Assembly (NCBI GenBank): GCA_029762535.1
Contig: JARVGK010000010.1
Location: 4,602-68,601 of the forward strand
Length of the DNA stretch: 64,000 bases
Source: Thermoplasmatota archaeon
GTDB taxonomy: Archaea; Thermoplasmatota; Penumbrarchaeia; Penumbrarchaeales; Penumbrarchaeaceae
Direction: 5' to 3'
A program made the translations under genes and the position numbers. The notes under the pieces are model-generated. The model did not search any database and had not been told where the DNA came from. It saw only the letters and a program-made list of their open reading frames with translations. Positions 1 to 10,385 of the stretch are shown piece by piece. The stretch's first letter is position 1. Each line of letters starts with the position of its first letter.

Positions 1-1
1 A

Positions 2-3000
2 GGTTTATCGGACGCGTTCGTCATGAAGATGGATACGACAACGGGAGATCTCATCTATTCCACCCTGATAGGAGGCGATCTTTGGGACGGGATACACGAT
101 ATGATCGTTGACGAGCAAGGCTGGGTGTACGTCTGCGGCGGGACCTACTCCTCGAACTTCCCGACCACTCCGGGGGCATACTCCCGTTCACGAAAAGGGG
201 AGACGGACGCATTCGTCCTGATCCTGAACGAAAACGGCAGCGACATCATCCACTCGACATTGGTGGGAGGATCGACGCATGACCGCTTCTACGGTATCCG
301 CAGGAACAGGGAGGGTAATGTCATCGTTTCGGGACACGCCGAGGACAGCGATTATCCGACAACGCCCGGAGCCTTCGACCGGACCTATGCGGGAGGGGGA
401 GATATCGTCGTTACCATCCTGGACCCCGAGCTTTCGAGCATCCTCTTCTCCACCTACGCCGGGGGCGCCGGCCGGGAAGCCGTCGAGGCGATCGATATCG
501 ACTCCCTGGGGAACATATACCTCTGCGGTTTCACCGATTCCGACGATCTGCCGACGACCTACGGGGAATACGATACCTACGGCGGGAACCGGGACGCCTT
601 CTTCATGGTCTTCGAACCCGATCTTGGCTCGCTCAAGAGGTCGACCTACATCGGCGGATCCGACATCGATGAGGCAAAGCATGTGGCGCTGGACGGATAC
701 GGCTCGGTGATGGTATCCGGGATCACGCAGTCATCTGATTTTCCCGTTACGGGATCGGGTTTCGGCCCCGGCGGAGGACGGGACCTCTTCCTGAGTGTAT
801 TCAGGGACGAGATAGGCACGAATCCCATCAGGTTCGATCCCGCCATCCCCCGAACGGGAGAAGAGCTCAGGATCTCCCTGGATGCAGTGGACATCGATCC
901 GGATACCGCCCTGTTCCACTACAGCGTCGATGACGGTCCGCTCAGTACGATCGAGGCGATCAAGGTCGGAGAGGGCCGGTTCCGCCTCCGCTTCGACGTT
1001 CCCAATGATGCCGTTCTCATTGACCATTATCACGAGTACCTGATAGCCGGAAATGTCGTGAGGCGCTCCTCGGTCGAAATGCTGCCGGTTATTGACGATG
1101 AGCCTCCCATCCTCGTCGCCGATCGATCGGACCGGATCGCGAGCATGGGCTCACACTACGCTTTCGAGTTCACCGTATCCGACAACGTTGGGATCTCGTC
1201 CGCCAGCGTCGAATACAATCTGGACGATGGGACGCCAAAGACGATGGCCCTGACGGGAAAGAACGACCTTTCCGGCAGCATAACGATACCCTATGCCGCA
1301 AGGACCCTCGCCTATCGTTTGATCGCATCGGACGCCTGGGGCAATCATGCCCGGGTCGATACCATTCGTGTTGAGGTCGTGCCCCCCAGCTACGAGCTTA
1401 TCTATTCGGCGTACATGGATGATGATCCCGAATGGCGCAGGGAGGGTGACGGCTTCTTCTGGAGCGGAAGCTCATACCGAATTGAGGGCGGATACGGCTA
1501 TGCCGGCGCCGATGTGGATGGCATCGAGGGATCGTTCGTCCTCGAGTACGATATCGGGATCGATGTCCTGGAGATGGGCTCATCGCTTTCTTTCGGGCTG
1601 CGGGACGCAGATATGAGCGGGGCCGGCCAGATGGCGGAGATCGCCTTCGGTTCCGGATCCTTCACGGACTACGTCGAGCTGAGAACGATCGACGTGAATG
1701 GGAAGTCAAAGGAGGTGCGTGCGGCTCTGGACATCCCTGAAGGGGAGCTCTACAGGTGCAGGATACGATACGACCCCCAAGTCGAGGCGGTGTATGGTAC
1801 CGTGATAAAGCTCGATGGCTTTACGGAGGCTTCGTCCTTGGTTATTGAGGACGTGAAGGCTTTCGATGACCTGTCCACCGTATGTTCCTCGAACCTCGGA
1901 TCCGATGCCACAGGAGAATCGTCCGGTCGGATCGACGACGTACTGTTGTTCAAGGAGCGAAGGACCGCCCTTATAGCGAGGGACCTCGGCCCGGATAACG
2001 CGACCACTGGCGACCCCGTGTACCTCTCTGCGCTGCTATCCGATCCCGCGAGGATCTCCTCCGCAGTATTGGAATACGGTTTCGATGACGGAACACCGAT
2101 GAGGACTGCGCTCGTCGTCGATCAGGTGGTCGGCCTGCATGTCGCGGTTCCTCCCAACGCCTTGGAGATAAGCTACCGCTTCCTTGTCACGGACCTTTAC
2201 GGGATCGGTGACGCCTCAGCTCTCAGGGCCATACCCGTCATGGACAACGATCCACCCGAGATAATTGAGGACAGGACCGCGGAGATGGCCCAAGCGGGTG
2301 CGAACCTCAGCATATCCGTGATGGTCGAGGACAACATAGGCGTGGAGGAGGTATGGGTCGAATACAGCATCGACGGTTCAGCTCCTTCAATTGTGGCTCT
2401 CTCCGGAGATCGCGAGTTCTATGGGCAGATCCGGGTCCAGGGCGGATCGCTTCTCCGATACGGTATCCATGCCAGGGATACATCGGGTAACGTCGGGAAG
2501 GGGCCGCTGCGCACACTCGAGATCATCGATGCGCATCCACCGTTCCTTTCAAGGGACAGAACACCTGTAAAAGGAGTTGTCGGGGAGGTCTTCAGGTTCG
2601 AGATCGAGGCGAACGACAACAGCGGGGCCTTCACCGCCTGGGTCGATCTCAGCCTCGGAGGAAGGGACAGGCAACGCATCATCATGGATGGTGAGGGCGG
2701 GATCCGCTATGCGGAAGTATCTATATATGCATCCCTCGCCCGATCGATCAACTACACGATATTCATATCGGATATGAGCGGCAACTCGATCTCGATCGGA
2801 CCGAAGTTCGCGACATTGGAGAACCCTTTCATCAACGCCCTGCCTTCGGGTTCGGTCATGCTTTACGAGGGGGAGAACTTAGAGGACCTGATGCGCCTGC
2901 CGCCCTTCGTCGTGACATCCTCCCTCTCGCACATTAGAGGAGGGCGCATTGTCCAGGGCGTGCCGTCGGATCCCGGGTTATATACGATGCATGTAAGATT

Positions 3001-3697
3001 GACCGACGTGTACGGGATCGAACACTCTTTCTCTCTTCAAATGACGCTGCTCCCCGAGGAGCATGATTCGGACGGGGACGGTATGCCCGACCTGTGGGAG
3101 AGGCGATACGGCCTGGATCCCCTTGACCCCCTTGACGGTTCGGAGGACTCCGACGAGGACGATCTGACCAACTATCAGGAATACCTCAACGGGACCGATC
3201 CCTTCGATCCGGACACGGACAAAGACGGCATGCCCGACGGTTGGGAGGTCAGGTACGGGCTGGACCCGCTTCGGTTCTCCGCCCTGGACGATACGGACGG
3301 GGACGGCAGAACGGATCTCGAGGAGTACCTTTCAGGGTCGGATCCCACGGTCAAGGACGTCGCAAGGTCCAGAGGTATCAGGATCTCATTTGCCGTCGTC
3401 GTTATCGTGGCATTGCTATTCCTCATCCTCATCGCTGTAGTGATGTCGCTCGCCATGAGCCTTGGAAAGGTCAGCAGGAGGATAGTTGATCCGAACGGTG
3501 AAGGGGAAATGGACATCAAGAACGGGGACAACGGGATCGCTCAAAACGGGGTCAGATACATGGATCCCATGGACCCCATGAACATGGGTATCCCGATCCC
3601 CGACGTCGAGGAGAAGGCGATCCAATCTGATGTAAAGGACGGCGAGGTAAATGGGAGAAAGCCACCTCAGAAGAGATACCCCGTCTATGTCCTTTGA
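2..3697 (+). CDS. Giant surface protein, 5'-truncated at window edge. Contains beta-propeller (SBBP-like) repeats with recurring NFPTTPGAY / DAFV motifs, two thrombospondin type-3-like Ca-binding modules (DxDGDGMPDxWExRYGLDP...EYLxGTDP), a C-terminal TM anchor and a ~80 aa cytoplasmic tail.
   Basis: The reading frame is open back to nt 2 (GLSDAFV matches the internal repeat motif), so the gene starts upstream of the window. Recurring repeat motifs, an Asp-rich TSP3-like module, and a hydrophobic stretch FAVVVIVALLFLILIAVVMSLAM near the C-terminus. Confidence 0.7.
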   Translation, partial: GLSDAFVMKMDTTTGDLIYSTLIGGDLWDGIHDMIVDEQGWVYVCGGTYSSNFPTTPGAYSRSRKGETDAFVLILNENGSDIIHSTLVGGSTHDRFYGIRRNREGNVIVSGHAEDSDYPTTPGAFDRTYAGGGDIVVTILDPELSSILFSTYAGGAGREAVEAIDIDSLGNIYLCGFTDSDDLPTTYGEYDTYGGNRDAFFMVFEPDLGSLKRSTYIGGSDIDEAKHVALDGYGSVMVSGITQSSDFPVTGSGFGPGGGRDLFLSVFRDEIGTNPIRFDPAIPRTGEELRISLDAVDIDPDTALFHYSVDDGPLSTIEAIKVGEGRFRLRFDVPNDAVLIDHYHEYLIAGNVVRRSSVEMLPVIDDEPPILVADRSDRIASMGSHYAFEFTVSDNVGISSASVEYNLDDGTPKTMALTGKNDLSGSITIPYAARTLAYRLIASDAWGNHARVDTIRVEVVPPSYELIYSAYMDDDPEWRREGDGFFWSGSSYRIEGGYGYAGADVDGIEGSFVLEYDIGIDVLEMGSSLSFGLRDADMSGAGQMAEIAFGSGSFTDYVELRTIDVNGKSKEVRAALDIPEGELYRCRIRYDPQVEAVYGTVIKLDGFTEASSLVIEDVKAFDDLSTVCSSNLGSDATGESSGRIDDVLLFKERRTALIARDLGPDNATTGDPVYLSALLSDPARISSAVLEYGFDDGTPMRTALVVDQVVGLHVAVPPNALEISYRFLVTDLYGIGDASALRAIPVMDNDPPEIIEDRTAEMAQAGANLSISVMVEDNIGVEEVWVEYSIDGSAPSIVALSGDREFYGQIRVQGGSLLRYGIHARDTSGNVGKGPLRTLEIIDAHPPFLSRDRTPVKGVVGEVFRFEIEANDNSGAFTAWVDLSLGGRDRQRIIMDGEGGIRYAEVSIYASLARSINYTIFISDMSGNSISIGPKFATLENPFINALPSGSVMLYEGENLEDLMRLPPFVVTSSLSHIRGGRIVQGVPSDPGLYTMHVRLTDVYGIEHSFSLQMTLLPEEHDSDGDGMPDLWERRYGLDPLDPLDGSEDSDEDDLTNYQEYLNGTDPFDPDTDKDGMPDGWEVRYGLDPLRFSALDDTDGDGRTDLEEYLSGSDPTVKDVARSRGIRISFAVVVIVALLFLILIAVVMSLAMSLGKVSRRIVDPNGEGEMDIKNGDNGIAQNGVRYMDPMDPMNMGIPIPDVEEKAIQSDVKDGEVNGRKPPQKRYPVYVL

Positions 3698-3802
3698 TCG
3701 CTCCCAGGTGCGACAGGGAACAGGCAATATCCCTGAAATACTTCAGGTGTGATACCACGGATCACCATGCGATTGATATATCGAAGGGACATATCAGGTG
3801 AG

Positions 3803-4420
3803 ATGGCCCCGAAGAAGTACTACGTCGTGTGGATCGGGAGATCCCCCGGGATCTACGCTACCTGGAGCGAATGCCGGGAGCAGGTCCATAACTACAAGGA
3901 TGCCAGATACAAGGCCTTTCTGGGCCTTGAAGAGGCACGAGAGGCGTTCTCCGAAGGTTGGCAGAAACACTACCGACGGGGATCGAATGTCAAAAAGATG
4001 CCCTTGACGGGCAGCGGACCCGTTCCCGACAGCATCTCGGTGGATGCGGCCTGTTCCGGGAATCCTGGGCCTACCGAGTACAGAGGAGTGCATACTAAAA
4101 GCGGGGATCCCCTCTTCGAGGGGAGGTTGAGATTCGCGACGAACAACATCGGGGAGTTCCTCGCCATTGTAGAAGCGCTGAGGATCCTCAAAGGGAAGAG
4201 ATCGGATATGCCGATATATTCCGATTCGGGAACCGCCATAACATGGGTCCGGAAGAAAAGGTGCAACACCGCCCTGAGGGGATCCGCTTCGACTAAGGAG
4301 GCCTTCGAAAGGATCGAGGGGGCCGAGAGATGGCTCGAGGAGAACGACTACCCCAACCCGATCCTGAAATGGGACACCCGGCGCTGGGGGGAGATCCCCG
4401 CGGACTATGGGAGGAAATGA
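3803..4420 (+). CDS. rnhA: Ribonuclease HI with an N-terminal hybrid-binding (caulimovirus viroplasmin-like) domain.
   Basis: N-terminal YYVVWIGRSPGIYATWSECREQVHNYKDARYKAF matches the HBD/Cauli_VI domain. It is followed by an RNase H core (ISVDAACSGNPGP...EFLAIVEAL...SDSG). A GGTGA RBS-like motif lies just 5' of the ATG at 3803; the ORF track start at 3749 is probably too long. Confidence 0.75.
   Translation: MAPKKYYVVWIGRSPGIYATWSECREQVHNYKDARYKAFLGLEEAREAFSEGWQKHYRRGSNVKKMPLTGSGPVPDSISVDAACSGNPGPTEYRGVHTKSGDPLFEGRLRFATNNIGEFLAIVEALRILKGKRSDMPIYSDSGTAITWVRKKRCNTALRGSASTKEAFERIEGAERWLEENDYPNPILKWDTRRWGEIPADYGRK
4388..4419. repeat. Left copy of a 32-bp direct repeat GGGGAGATCCCCGCGGAYTATGGGAGGAAATG; it forms the last codons of rnhA.
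   Basis: 31/32 identical to 5904-5935. The two copies flank the ATPase gene. Confidence 0.85.
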
Positions 4421-4490
4421 TCGCATGTCGATCCATCCCCCCCTTCTATCCCAGCGGGATCTCTCCTTCGGATCATTCGTTATTCCTGTG

Positions 4491-4520
4491 GGAAAAATAA
4501 TATACCATATCGGTTATAAA
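4491..4520 (+). promoter_or_regulatory. AT-rich BRE/TATA-like element (aaaaataatata...ttataaa) 16-45 nt upstream of the ATPase ATG; fits a leaderless archaeal promoter.
   Basis: TTATAAA at 4514-4520 and AAAATAATATA at 4494-4504 in an otherwise GC-rich region, immediately 5' of the ATG at 4536. Confidence 0.4.
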
Positions 4521-4535
4521 CCATAATGGTGTAAT

Positions 4536-5900
4536 ATGTCGTTCTTCGACAGATCGGACGAATTGGAGATAATTGGAAAGGCCCTTAAACGCCCATATTG
4601 TTTCGTCGTAATTACTGGAAGAAGGCGTATCGGCAAGACCAGGCTCGTGCGGGAGGCCCTCGCCGGGACCGATCACATCGAGCTGTTCATCCCCAGGAAG
4701 AGGAGGAGCCAGGTCCTTGAACAGCTGAGGTCATCCATAGCAGAGCAGACCGGATTCTCCCCGGACTTTTCCGATCTCGGGACACTCCTGGAATATCTTT
4801 TCAGAAAGGAGAAAAGACCGGTCTTCATCGACGAGATCTCGAATGTACAAAAGGTGGATCCTGGATCGTTCTCCGACATACAGAGGATATACGACCGTTA
4901 CAAGGAGGAATGCGGAATACACCTCATAGTCGACGGATCGTATGTTGGCGTTATGAAGAGGATATTCCAGGACAGGAAGGAGCCACTCTTCGGCAGGGCG
5001 ACGGATGTCATACAGTTGAGGCCGCTGCCCATAAAGGATTCCATTGGAATGGCCATGGAGCAGGGTTTCGGTCCCGTCGATTCCCTCGAGGCCCGATCCA
5101 TCCTCGGGGGAGTACCTCGTTACCTCGAACTGATCCACGGATACAGGGACATGAGGGATCTCAAGGAGAGGGTATTCGATCAGGGTTCCATCTTTCCAAC
5201 CGAACCGGAGAACATTCTCATTCAGGAGTTCGGAGCATCCTGGGAGACGTATTTCTCCATACTCGAGGTGATAGCCGCAGGCGCGACCGGGCCCTCGGCG
5301 ATCGCCAACGAGCTCGATATGAACGCACAGATGGTGCCGAAGTACCTGAACAGGCTCATCGGGATCGGGATATTGATGAAGGAGAAGCCGCTATTCGGAA
5401 AGAAGAAACAGGTCCGATATTCTATATGCGACCCCTATCTTGATATCTGGTTCGGGGTTTACTATCCGAGGATAGAACTCTACAGGGAGGGGGTGTCCAG
5501 GGTTCCGCTGGAAACGATCGATTCTGCCATCGGCCGGGCCATGGAGCGAACGATAAGGGAGATCGTCTCATTAGGTGGGGTTGTGCCTTTTAATATCGAC
5601 GGGATCGGATCATGGTGGAATCGCTCAGGAGATGAGATAGATATCGTGGCCTTCAACAGGAAAGGGAGCCATATTGCCTTCGGGGAGGTGAAATGGGGAT
5701 CGCACATTGTAGGACCCGATGTCGTATCCAAGCTGATCGAGAGATCGGCGATGGTGCAATGGAATCAGAAGAAGAGGAGCGAAACGTTGTTCATCGTCTC
5801 CAGGTCCGGTTTCAACAAGAAAGCGATGGAATTGATGGAGCAACACGGTATAGCCGGCATGGATACGGCTCGATTGATGAGGATCGTGCTTAATCCGTAG
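4536..5900 (+). CDS. Archaeal ATPase family protein (AAA-like P-loop NTPase with a C-terminal DUF234-type domain).
   Basis: Walker A motif VVITGRRRIGKTRLV, a Walker B-like region VFIDEISNV, and a C-terminal region typical of DUF234-containing archaeal ATPases. The gene sits between the 32-bp direct repeats. Confidence 0.7.
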   Translation: MSFFDRSDELEIIGKALKRPYCFVVITGRRRIGKTRLVREALAGTDHIELFIPRKRRSQVLEQLRSSIAEQTGFSPDFSDLGTLLEYLFRKEKRPVFIDEISNVQKVDPGSFSDIQRIYDRYKEECGIHLIVDGSYVGVMKRIFQDRKEPLFGRATDVIQLRPLPIKDSIGMAMEQGFGPVDSLEARSILGGVPRYLELIHGYRDMRDLKERVFDQGSIFPTEPENILIQEFGASWETYFSILEVIAAGATGPSAIANELDMNAQMVPKYLNRLIGIGILMKEKPLFGKKKQVRYSICDPYLDIWFGVYYPRIELYREGVSRVPLETIDSAIGRAMERTIREIVSLGGVVPFNIDGIGSWWNRSGDEIDIVAFNRKGSHIAFGEVKWGSHIVGPDVVSKLIERSAMVQWNQKKRSETLFIVSRSGFNKKAMELMEQHGIAGMDTARLMRIVLNP

Positions 5901-5903
5901 GGC

Positions 5904-5935
5904 GGGGAGATCCCCGCGGATTATGGGAGGAAATG
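5904..5935. repeat. Right copy of the 32-bp direct repeat. In the rnhA frame it would encode GEIPADYGRK and then continue WGE-stop (ending ~5945), i.e. a plausible ancestral rnhA C-terminus.
   Basis: Read directly at 5901-5945: ggcGGGGAGATCCCCGCGGATTATGGGAGGAAATGgggggaatga. Confidence 0.85.
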
Positions 5936-6014
5936 GGGGGAATGAAAATTGTATTTTCCTTCGTTGCATACCCAACAGTCACGATTTAATATATCCTCGC
6001 GTTGAGGGGGGTCA

Positions 6015-7379
6015 ATGGCGGATCCCGTCTTCGCGATACTGTTGATATCATATCTTTTAGTCCTTCTGTTCATAGGATACAGGAGCCGGACGAAGAGCGG
6101 GGACGCCCACTTCTTCATCGCCGACAGGAAGCTGGACCGAAGGTCGGTGGCGTTCACATTAGGGGCGACCGTCGTAGGAGGATCCGCCGTCATCGTGACG
6201 GGATCCCTCGTCTTCGAGCACGGGACCTCCGGGCTATGGTACGATATCGGTGGGATCCTGGGGCTTATCTTTCTGGGCATCTTCGTCGCCCCGAGGATCA
6301 GGAGGACCAGAGCCCACTCCCTACCGGACCTCATCGGGATCCACTACGGCGAAACGGGGAAGGTCGCCTCGTCCTTGGTCCTGGTCCTTGTGGAGATCGG
6401 ATGGATCGCGCTGCTCCTGCAGGCGTCCAGATATGTCCTCTCAGAGGCGGCGGGAATATCCCCCGAGATCGCACTGCCCCTGGCAGCGGCGGTGTTCATA
6501 GCATATACCATTATGGGGGGGCAGAGGGCCGTCGTGATGACGGACAAGGTGCAGATAGTATTGTCCATTCTCGCATTGATATTGATATTCTTCGGCATGG
6601 CATCCCGGGGCGGCGGGATCGATCCCTCATCGCTCTCATTCCCAGTATCCAAGGGGATCGGACCAACGCTTGCGATCTCGGCGTTCCTCATAATGTTCCT
6701 GTCGCACGCGGTGGGACCGGACATCTACTCGAAAGTATTCTCCTCCCGTTCAGGGACCGAGGCGCGCTGGGGCGTCATAGGAGGTGGGCTCCTGAAGCTG
6801 TTCGCCTCGGTACTGGTGGCCTCCATCGCCCTTCTGGGGATCTCCATGTACGGGGATTCGATCTCCGGCGGGGCTCTTATACCGACCGCTGCGAAGGATG
6901 TGCTGCCTGGGGCCCTGTTCTATGTCGCTATGATCGGCCTTCTATCCGTTATGCTATCCTCCGCCGATTCCTGTCTGTTATCCGGGGCCACGTTCATATC
7001 CTGGGACCTCCTGAAGGCAAAGGACGGCAGATGGACCCGCTCCATATCCATAGCAGTCCTGGGGATCGTCTCATACATTGTGGCTTTTCACAGCCCCGGC
7101 ATATTGGAGACCCTCACTTTGACATATACCTTCTTCTCGGCCAGCATGGTCCCCTCCGTGATCGCGATCCCCTGGAAGGATAGGCTGGGGATCGACAGGA
7201 AGGGTGCGATCTCCTCCTTCATCGTTGGTGGAGGAGGAGTCCTCCTCTTGTATATCTTGACAACTATGGAGATCTGGAGCGGAAGCCTTCTGTTCCTCCC
7301 GCTGACACTCTCCTTCCTGATTCTCTTTGCTGTGTCGAGGATCCCGACAGGGAACCACGGGATCGGAAATTCTATCTGA
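6015..7379 (+). CDS. Sodium:solute symporter family (SSF) transporter.
   Basis: Polytopic membrane protein. The N-terminal region (FFIADRKLDRRSVAFTLGATVVGGSAVIVTGSLVF) and overall architecture are typical of SSF (PutP/PanF-like). The overlapping 6002-7183 ORF in another frame is Arg/Pro-rich and judged spurious. Confidence 0.7.
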   Translation: MADPVFAILLISYLLVLLFIGYRSRTKSGDAHFFIADRKLDRRSVAFTLGATVVGGSAVIVTGSLVFEHGTSGLWYDIGGILGLIFLGIFVAPRIRRTRAHSLPDLIGIHYGETGKVASSLVLVLVEIGWIALLLQASRYVLSEAAGISPEIALPLAAAVFIAYTIMGGQRAVVMTDKVQIVLSILALILIFFGMASRGGGIDPSSLSFPVSKGIGPTLAISAFLIMFLSHAVGPDIYSKVFSSRSGTEARWGVIGGGLLKLFASVLVASIALLGISMYGDSISGGALIPTAAKDVLPGALFYVAMIGLLSVMLSSADSCLLSGATFISWDLLKAKDGRWTRSISIAVLGIVSYIVAFHSPGILETLTLTYTFFSASMVPSVIAIPWKDRLGIDRKGAISSFIVGGGGVLLLYILTTMEIWSGSLLFLPLTLSFLILFAVSRIPTGNHGIGNSI

Positions 7380-7399
7380 GCAACTCATTTCTGCGTTGT

Positions 7400-10258
7400 T
7401 CATTCCTCGGCTTCCCATTCGGAGGATCCCTTAGATCTCCTAATGACGAACATTATAAGGACAAGGATAGCCAGGATGACCATCACCGCAGCGAGTATCA
7501 CGAAAGCTATCCATGGATCGCTGCTCTCTTTCTTGTCCGACACTCCCGGATCCGTCCCTTTCAGATACTCCTCCAGATTGGTGTATCCATCCCCGTCGGG
7601 ATCGAGACCTGCATCGTCGGGATCGGAATCGGATAACCCGTATCTCTCCTCCCAATCCATGGGGATCCCGTCGCCGTCGTGGTCCTTCGTTCTATCGATC
7701 CCCACAAGAATGGTCCAGTTCAACACCGTTATGCCACCCTCCCCGTCATCTGCGCTGAGGGTTATGAAATAGGAACCGGCCTCGTCGAAGATCATCGAGA
7801 ACCCCTCATCGGTCCTGGTGACCTGCGCTCCCTCGGCGGATATGGAGACCTCTACCTCATCCGAAGGGTCAGAAGCCTCATCTATCTTCACTAGAAGCGT
7901 CTGGTCCTCGAGCATGGTCCCATCGGAGTTTGGATAGACGAGAGACGCCCTGAGAGTCGGTTCGACGTTATAGGCGATCAACGTGAGGTTGGAGTAGGTC
8001 ATGCCTCCGTCATCATCCCTCACCGCTGCATGAACCGTATAGTTCCCATCGTTCGGGAGAACGAATGCATACGAAGAATTCTCCAATGTCAGGTTCGACC
8101 ACTCCGAGAACACACCATCCAATGACCATGATATCATCATCGGATCGTGAGGAGCATCGGTCGCTTCCACGCTGATGATGACAGTATCGCCCTCGTTCAC
8201 CTCGACCGCGCTCGCCTCGATCGACACCACGGGTGCCCTGTTGAGGACCGAAACGATCGCATTATATGAGACGGTCCTTCCGAACCCGTCATTTACCGTT
8301 ACGGAAACGTTGTATTCCCCGTCATCCATGAATGTGTGTTCGATAGATGAGGACGATGTGTTGATACCCGAACCGTCGATCATCCAGGAGAACTCATAAG
8401 TGTTGTCCGGGATATGGTCGAGTATGTTGGATGTGAACATCGCGCTCTCGTTCTCGAATATGGTTTCCGGGCCCGTGAAGTTAACTGTGAGCTCATCCTT
8501 GTAAAAGACCAATGTCACGAACTCCCCTGTTACATCATCGTCGGGGTCCGGGTCCTGTCCGGGCATCATGGTAACGGTCCCGTTCTCATAGGAGACAGTG
8601 ACGTTCTCGGCTTCATATCCCGTCATCATCCACCCTCCCGGTATTACTGCGCTGCCTATTGTTTCCTCGAACATATCATCGTATGTCATATTGAATACAA
8701 GGGAGCGTAATGCCGAGTCATCCAAGGTTCCGTTCAGCACATATCTACCGCCGACCCTCAACTCCATCGGGACCATGAGGTCCACAGGGCCCGTGAGGTT
8801 AATGAAATCGAAATATCCATCGACCCTGTCATAGTAAAGGCCGTCAAGGGTGATGTTCCCGGTGGTATTGAAGCCGAAAGGTGCCGATGCCATCTCATCG
8901 TCATCCTCCATGGCCATCGCGAGGAAATCCTCCAATTCCTGATCGTTGAGAACCTGATCACCATCCCCCATCATTAGGTCCATGAACAGCCTCATGTACC
9001 TGGTGGAGTTGACGTGAGTTTTCATCACACCATCCACTTCGAACGCCTCCCAGCCATCGAAGGATATGATGTTGGTGGCCGTGCTGTTCTTCGAATCCCT
9101 CAAAGAAATCTCGAGTTCCATGTCCTCATCAACGGTAATGGGTGCGAAATACGTCTCGTACTCCCAGCCATCGAACGGGTCCTCCCCGCCGATGATGAGA
9201 TGGCCCGGCACGTCGGACACGATCATGGAAAAGTGTCCCTTATCATCCGTCCTTAATGCGTTCTGGTCCGGGAAAACCTTCGATTGAATGAAGTTCACAG
9301 CGATGTCCTCGAGCGGATCCCCGGCTTGGTCCGTTAAGGCCCCCGACAGTTCATACTGCCTGTATCCAAGTGTGATATTGTACCAGAATACCCCCCCTTC
9401 CGGGATATCGACCCTGGAGAAGTGGAAATCATAGTCATCCGACATGGTGATGATCATATGCATCCCTTCCCAGAACTCGAACTCGTAATATCCAGCCTCA
9501 TCGACCATGGCCATGAGCTGGAAATCCAGGTACTGGTCGAATATTATGACGAGTATCTCCTCAAGCGCTGAGGCCCCGTCGGTGACGTATCCTTTGACCG
9601 TTGTCCTCATCTCCGGGATCATGGGGATCCCTATGTCGAGTTCATAGGGGCTCATCTCCTCCTCGAAGGATGAGTATTCCTCATGAACGATCAGTCCCCT
9701 GAAAAAAAGGCGGAAAGAGTAGAATGCCGGGAATATCTCAAGGGAGAACTCTCCCGATGCATCGGTCATGGCCTCGTATTCGTAATGGTCGGATCCTGAG
9801 AAAGAGGCGTATTCGAGAACGACCCTGACCCCCTGGGCGTCATCCCCGCCCTGGACGAAATGAACGTGTCCATTGATCTCCACGGTCTCGTTCGGGCGGT
9901 TGGACAAAGTGACGTTGTGAACGTTGGTCCCAACATCCAGTATCAGGCCCTTGCTCCGATAGAGCAGGTAGCCGTCCTTCACAACCTCGACGATGACGTG
10001 GCTCGTCATATCGAGGTAGAACGAGTAATGGCCGGTCCCGTTCGTGATCGTGCTGTTGAGGAATTCCATGTCGGTACTCATGACCCTTACAGAAGCTCCC
10101 TCAACAGGCGCTTCGGAGGCGTAAGTGATGTAACCTTCGATCCAGTATTGGGGTTTTCTTGTATATCCCTCCGCTTCCGAAGATGCGAAAAGGGGGAACA
10201 ACAAGGCCAAGGCGATCGCTATACCGATGGTTGATCTGAGGATAGAATTCCCATACAT
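7400..10258 (-). CDS. Giant surface protein with signal peptide, carboxypeptidase-regulatory-like/PKD beta-sandwich domains, one thrombospondin type-3-like module, a C-terminal TM anchor and a short tail ending EWEAEE.
   Basis: N-terminal hydrophobic signal [20 protein letters not shown]-like block ([11 protein letters not shown]...[10 protein letters not shown]). [47 protein letters not shown]-terminus [37 protein letters not shown]. Confidence 0.7.
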   Translation of the reverse strand: MYGNSILRSTIGIAIALALLFPLFASSEAEGYTRKPQYWIEGYITYASEAPVEGASVRVMSTDMEFLNSTITNGTGHYSFYLDMTSHVIVEVVKDGYLLYRSKGLILDVGTNVHNVTLSNRPNETVEINGHVHFVQGGDDAQGVRVVLEYASFSGSDHYEYEAMTDASGEFSLEIFPAFYSFRLFFRGLIVHEEYSSFEEEMSPYELDIGIPMIPEMRTTVKGYVTDGASALEEILVIIFDQYLDFQLMAMVDEAGYYEFEFWEGMHMIITMSDDYDFHFSRVDIPEGGVFWYNITLGYRQYELSGALTDQAGDPLEDIAVNFIQSKVFPDQNALRTDDKGHFSMIVSDVPGHLIIGGEDPFDGWEYETYFAPITVDEDMELEISLRDSKNSTATNIISFDGWEAFEVDGVMKTHVNSTRYMRLFMDLMMGDGDQVLNDQELEDFLAMAMEDDDEMASAPFGFNTTGNITLDGLYYDRVDGYFDFINLTGPVDLMVPMELRVGGRYVLNGTLDDSALRSLVFNMTYDDMFEETIGSAVIPGGWMMTGYEAENVTVSYENGTVTMMPGQDPDPDDDVTGEFVTLVFYKDELTVNFTGPETIFENESAMFTSNILDHIPDNTYEFSWMIDGSGINTSSSSIEHTFMDDGEYNVSVTVNDGFGRTVSYNAIVSVLNRAPVVSIEASAVEVNEGDTVIISVEATDAPHDPMMISWSLDGVFSEWSNLTLENSSYAFVLPNDGNYTVHAAVRDDDGGMTYSNLTLIAYNVEPTLRASLVYPNSDGTMLEDQTLLVKIDEASDPSDEVEVSISAEGAQVTRTDEGFSMIFDEAGSYFITLSADDGEGGITVLNWTILVGIDRTKDHDGDGIPMDWEERYGLSDSDPDDAGLDPDGDGYTNLEEYLKGTDPGVSDKKESSDPWIAFVILAAVMVILAILVLIMFVIRRSKGSSEWEAEE

Positions 10259-10385
10259 GGAGGGGAGCAGTTTTTCTACCTTTATTTATCTTTATTGCGG
10301 TCCTTTCTATTTAATAAAATTCATGGACGATCCCCGGATCGATCCATATCCTTTAGAATCGTGTATCCAACCCCTTATCCTCAGG

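Noticed and set aside
3749-3802. Longer rnhA start at 3749 given by the ORF track
   Set aside because: The ATG at 3803 is preceded by a GGTGA RBS-like motif and begins exactly at the conserved HBD domain. The upstream 18 codons have no homology support.
6002-7183. 393-aa ORF in an alternative frame overlapping the SSF transporter gene
   Set aside because: The translation is Arg/Pro/Gly-rich and low-complexity, typical of an out-of-frame GC-rich sequence. The overlapping transporter frame has coherent TM helices.
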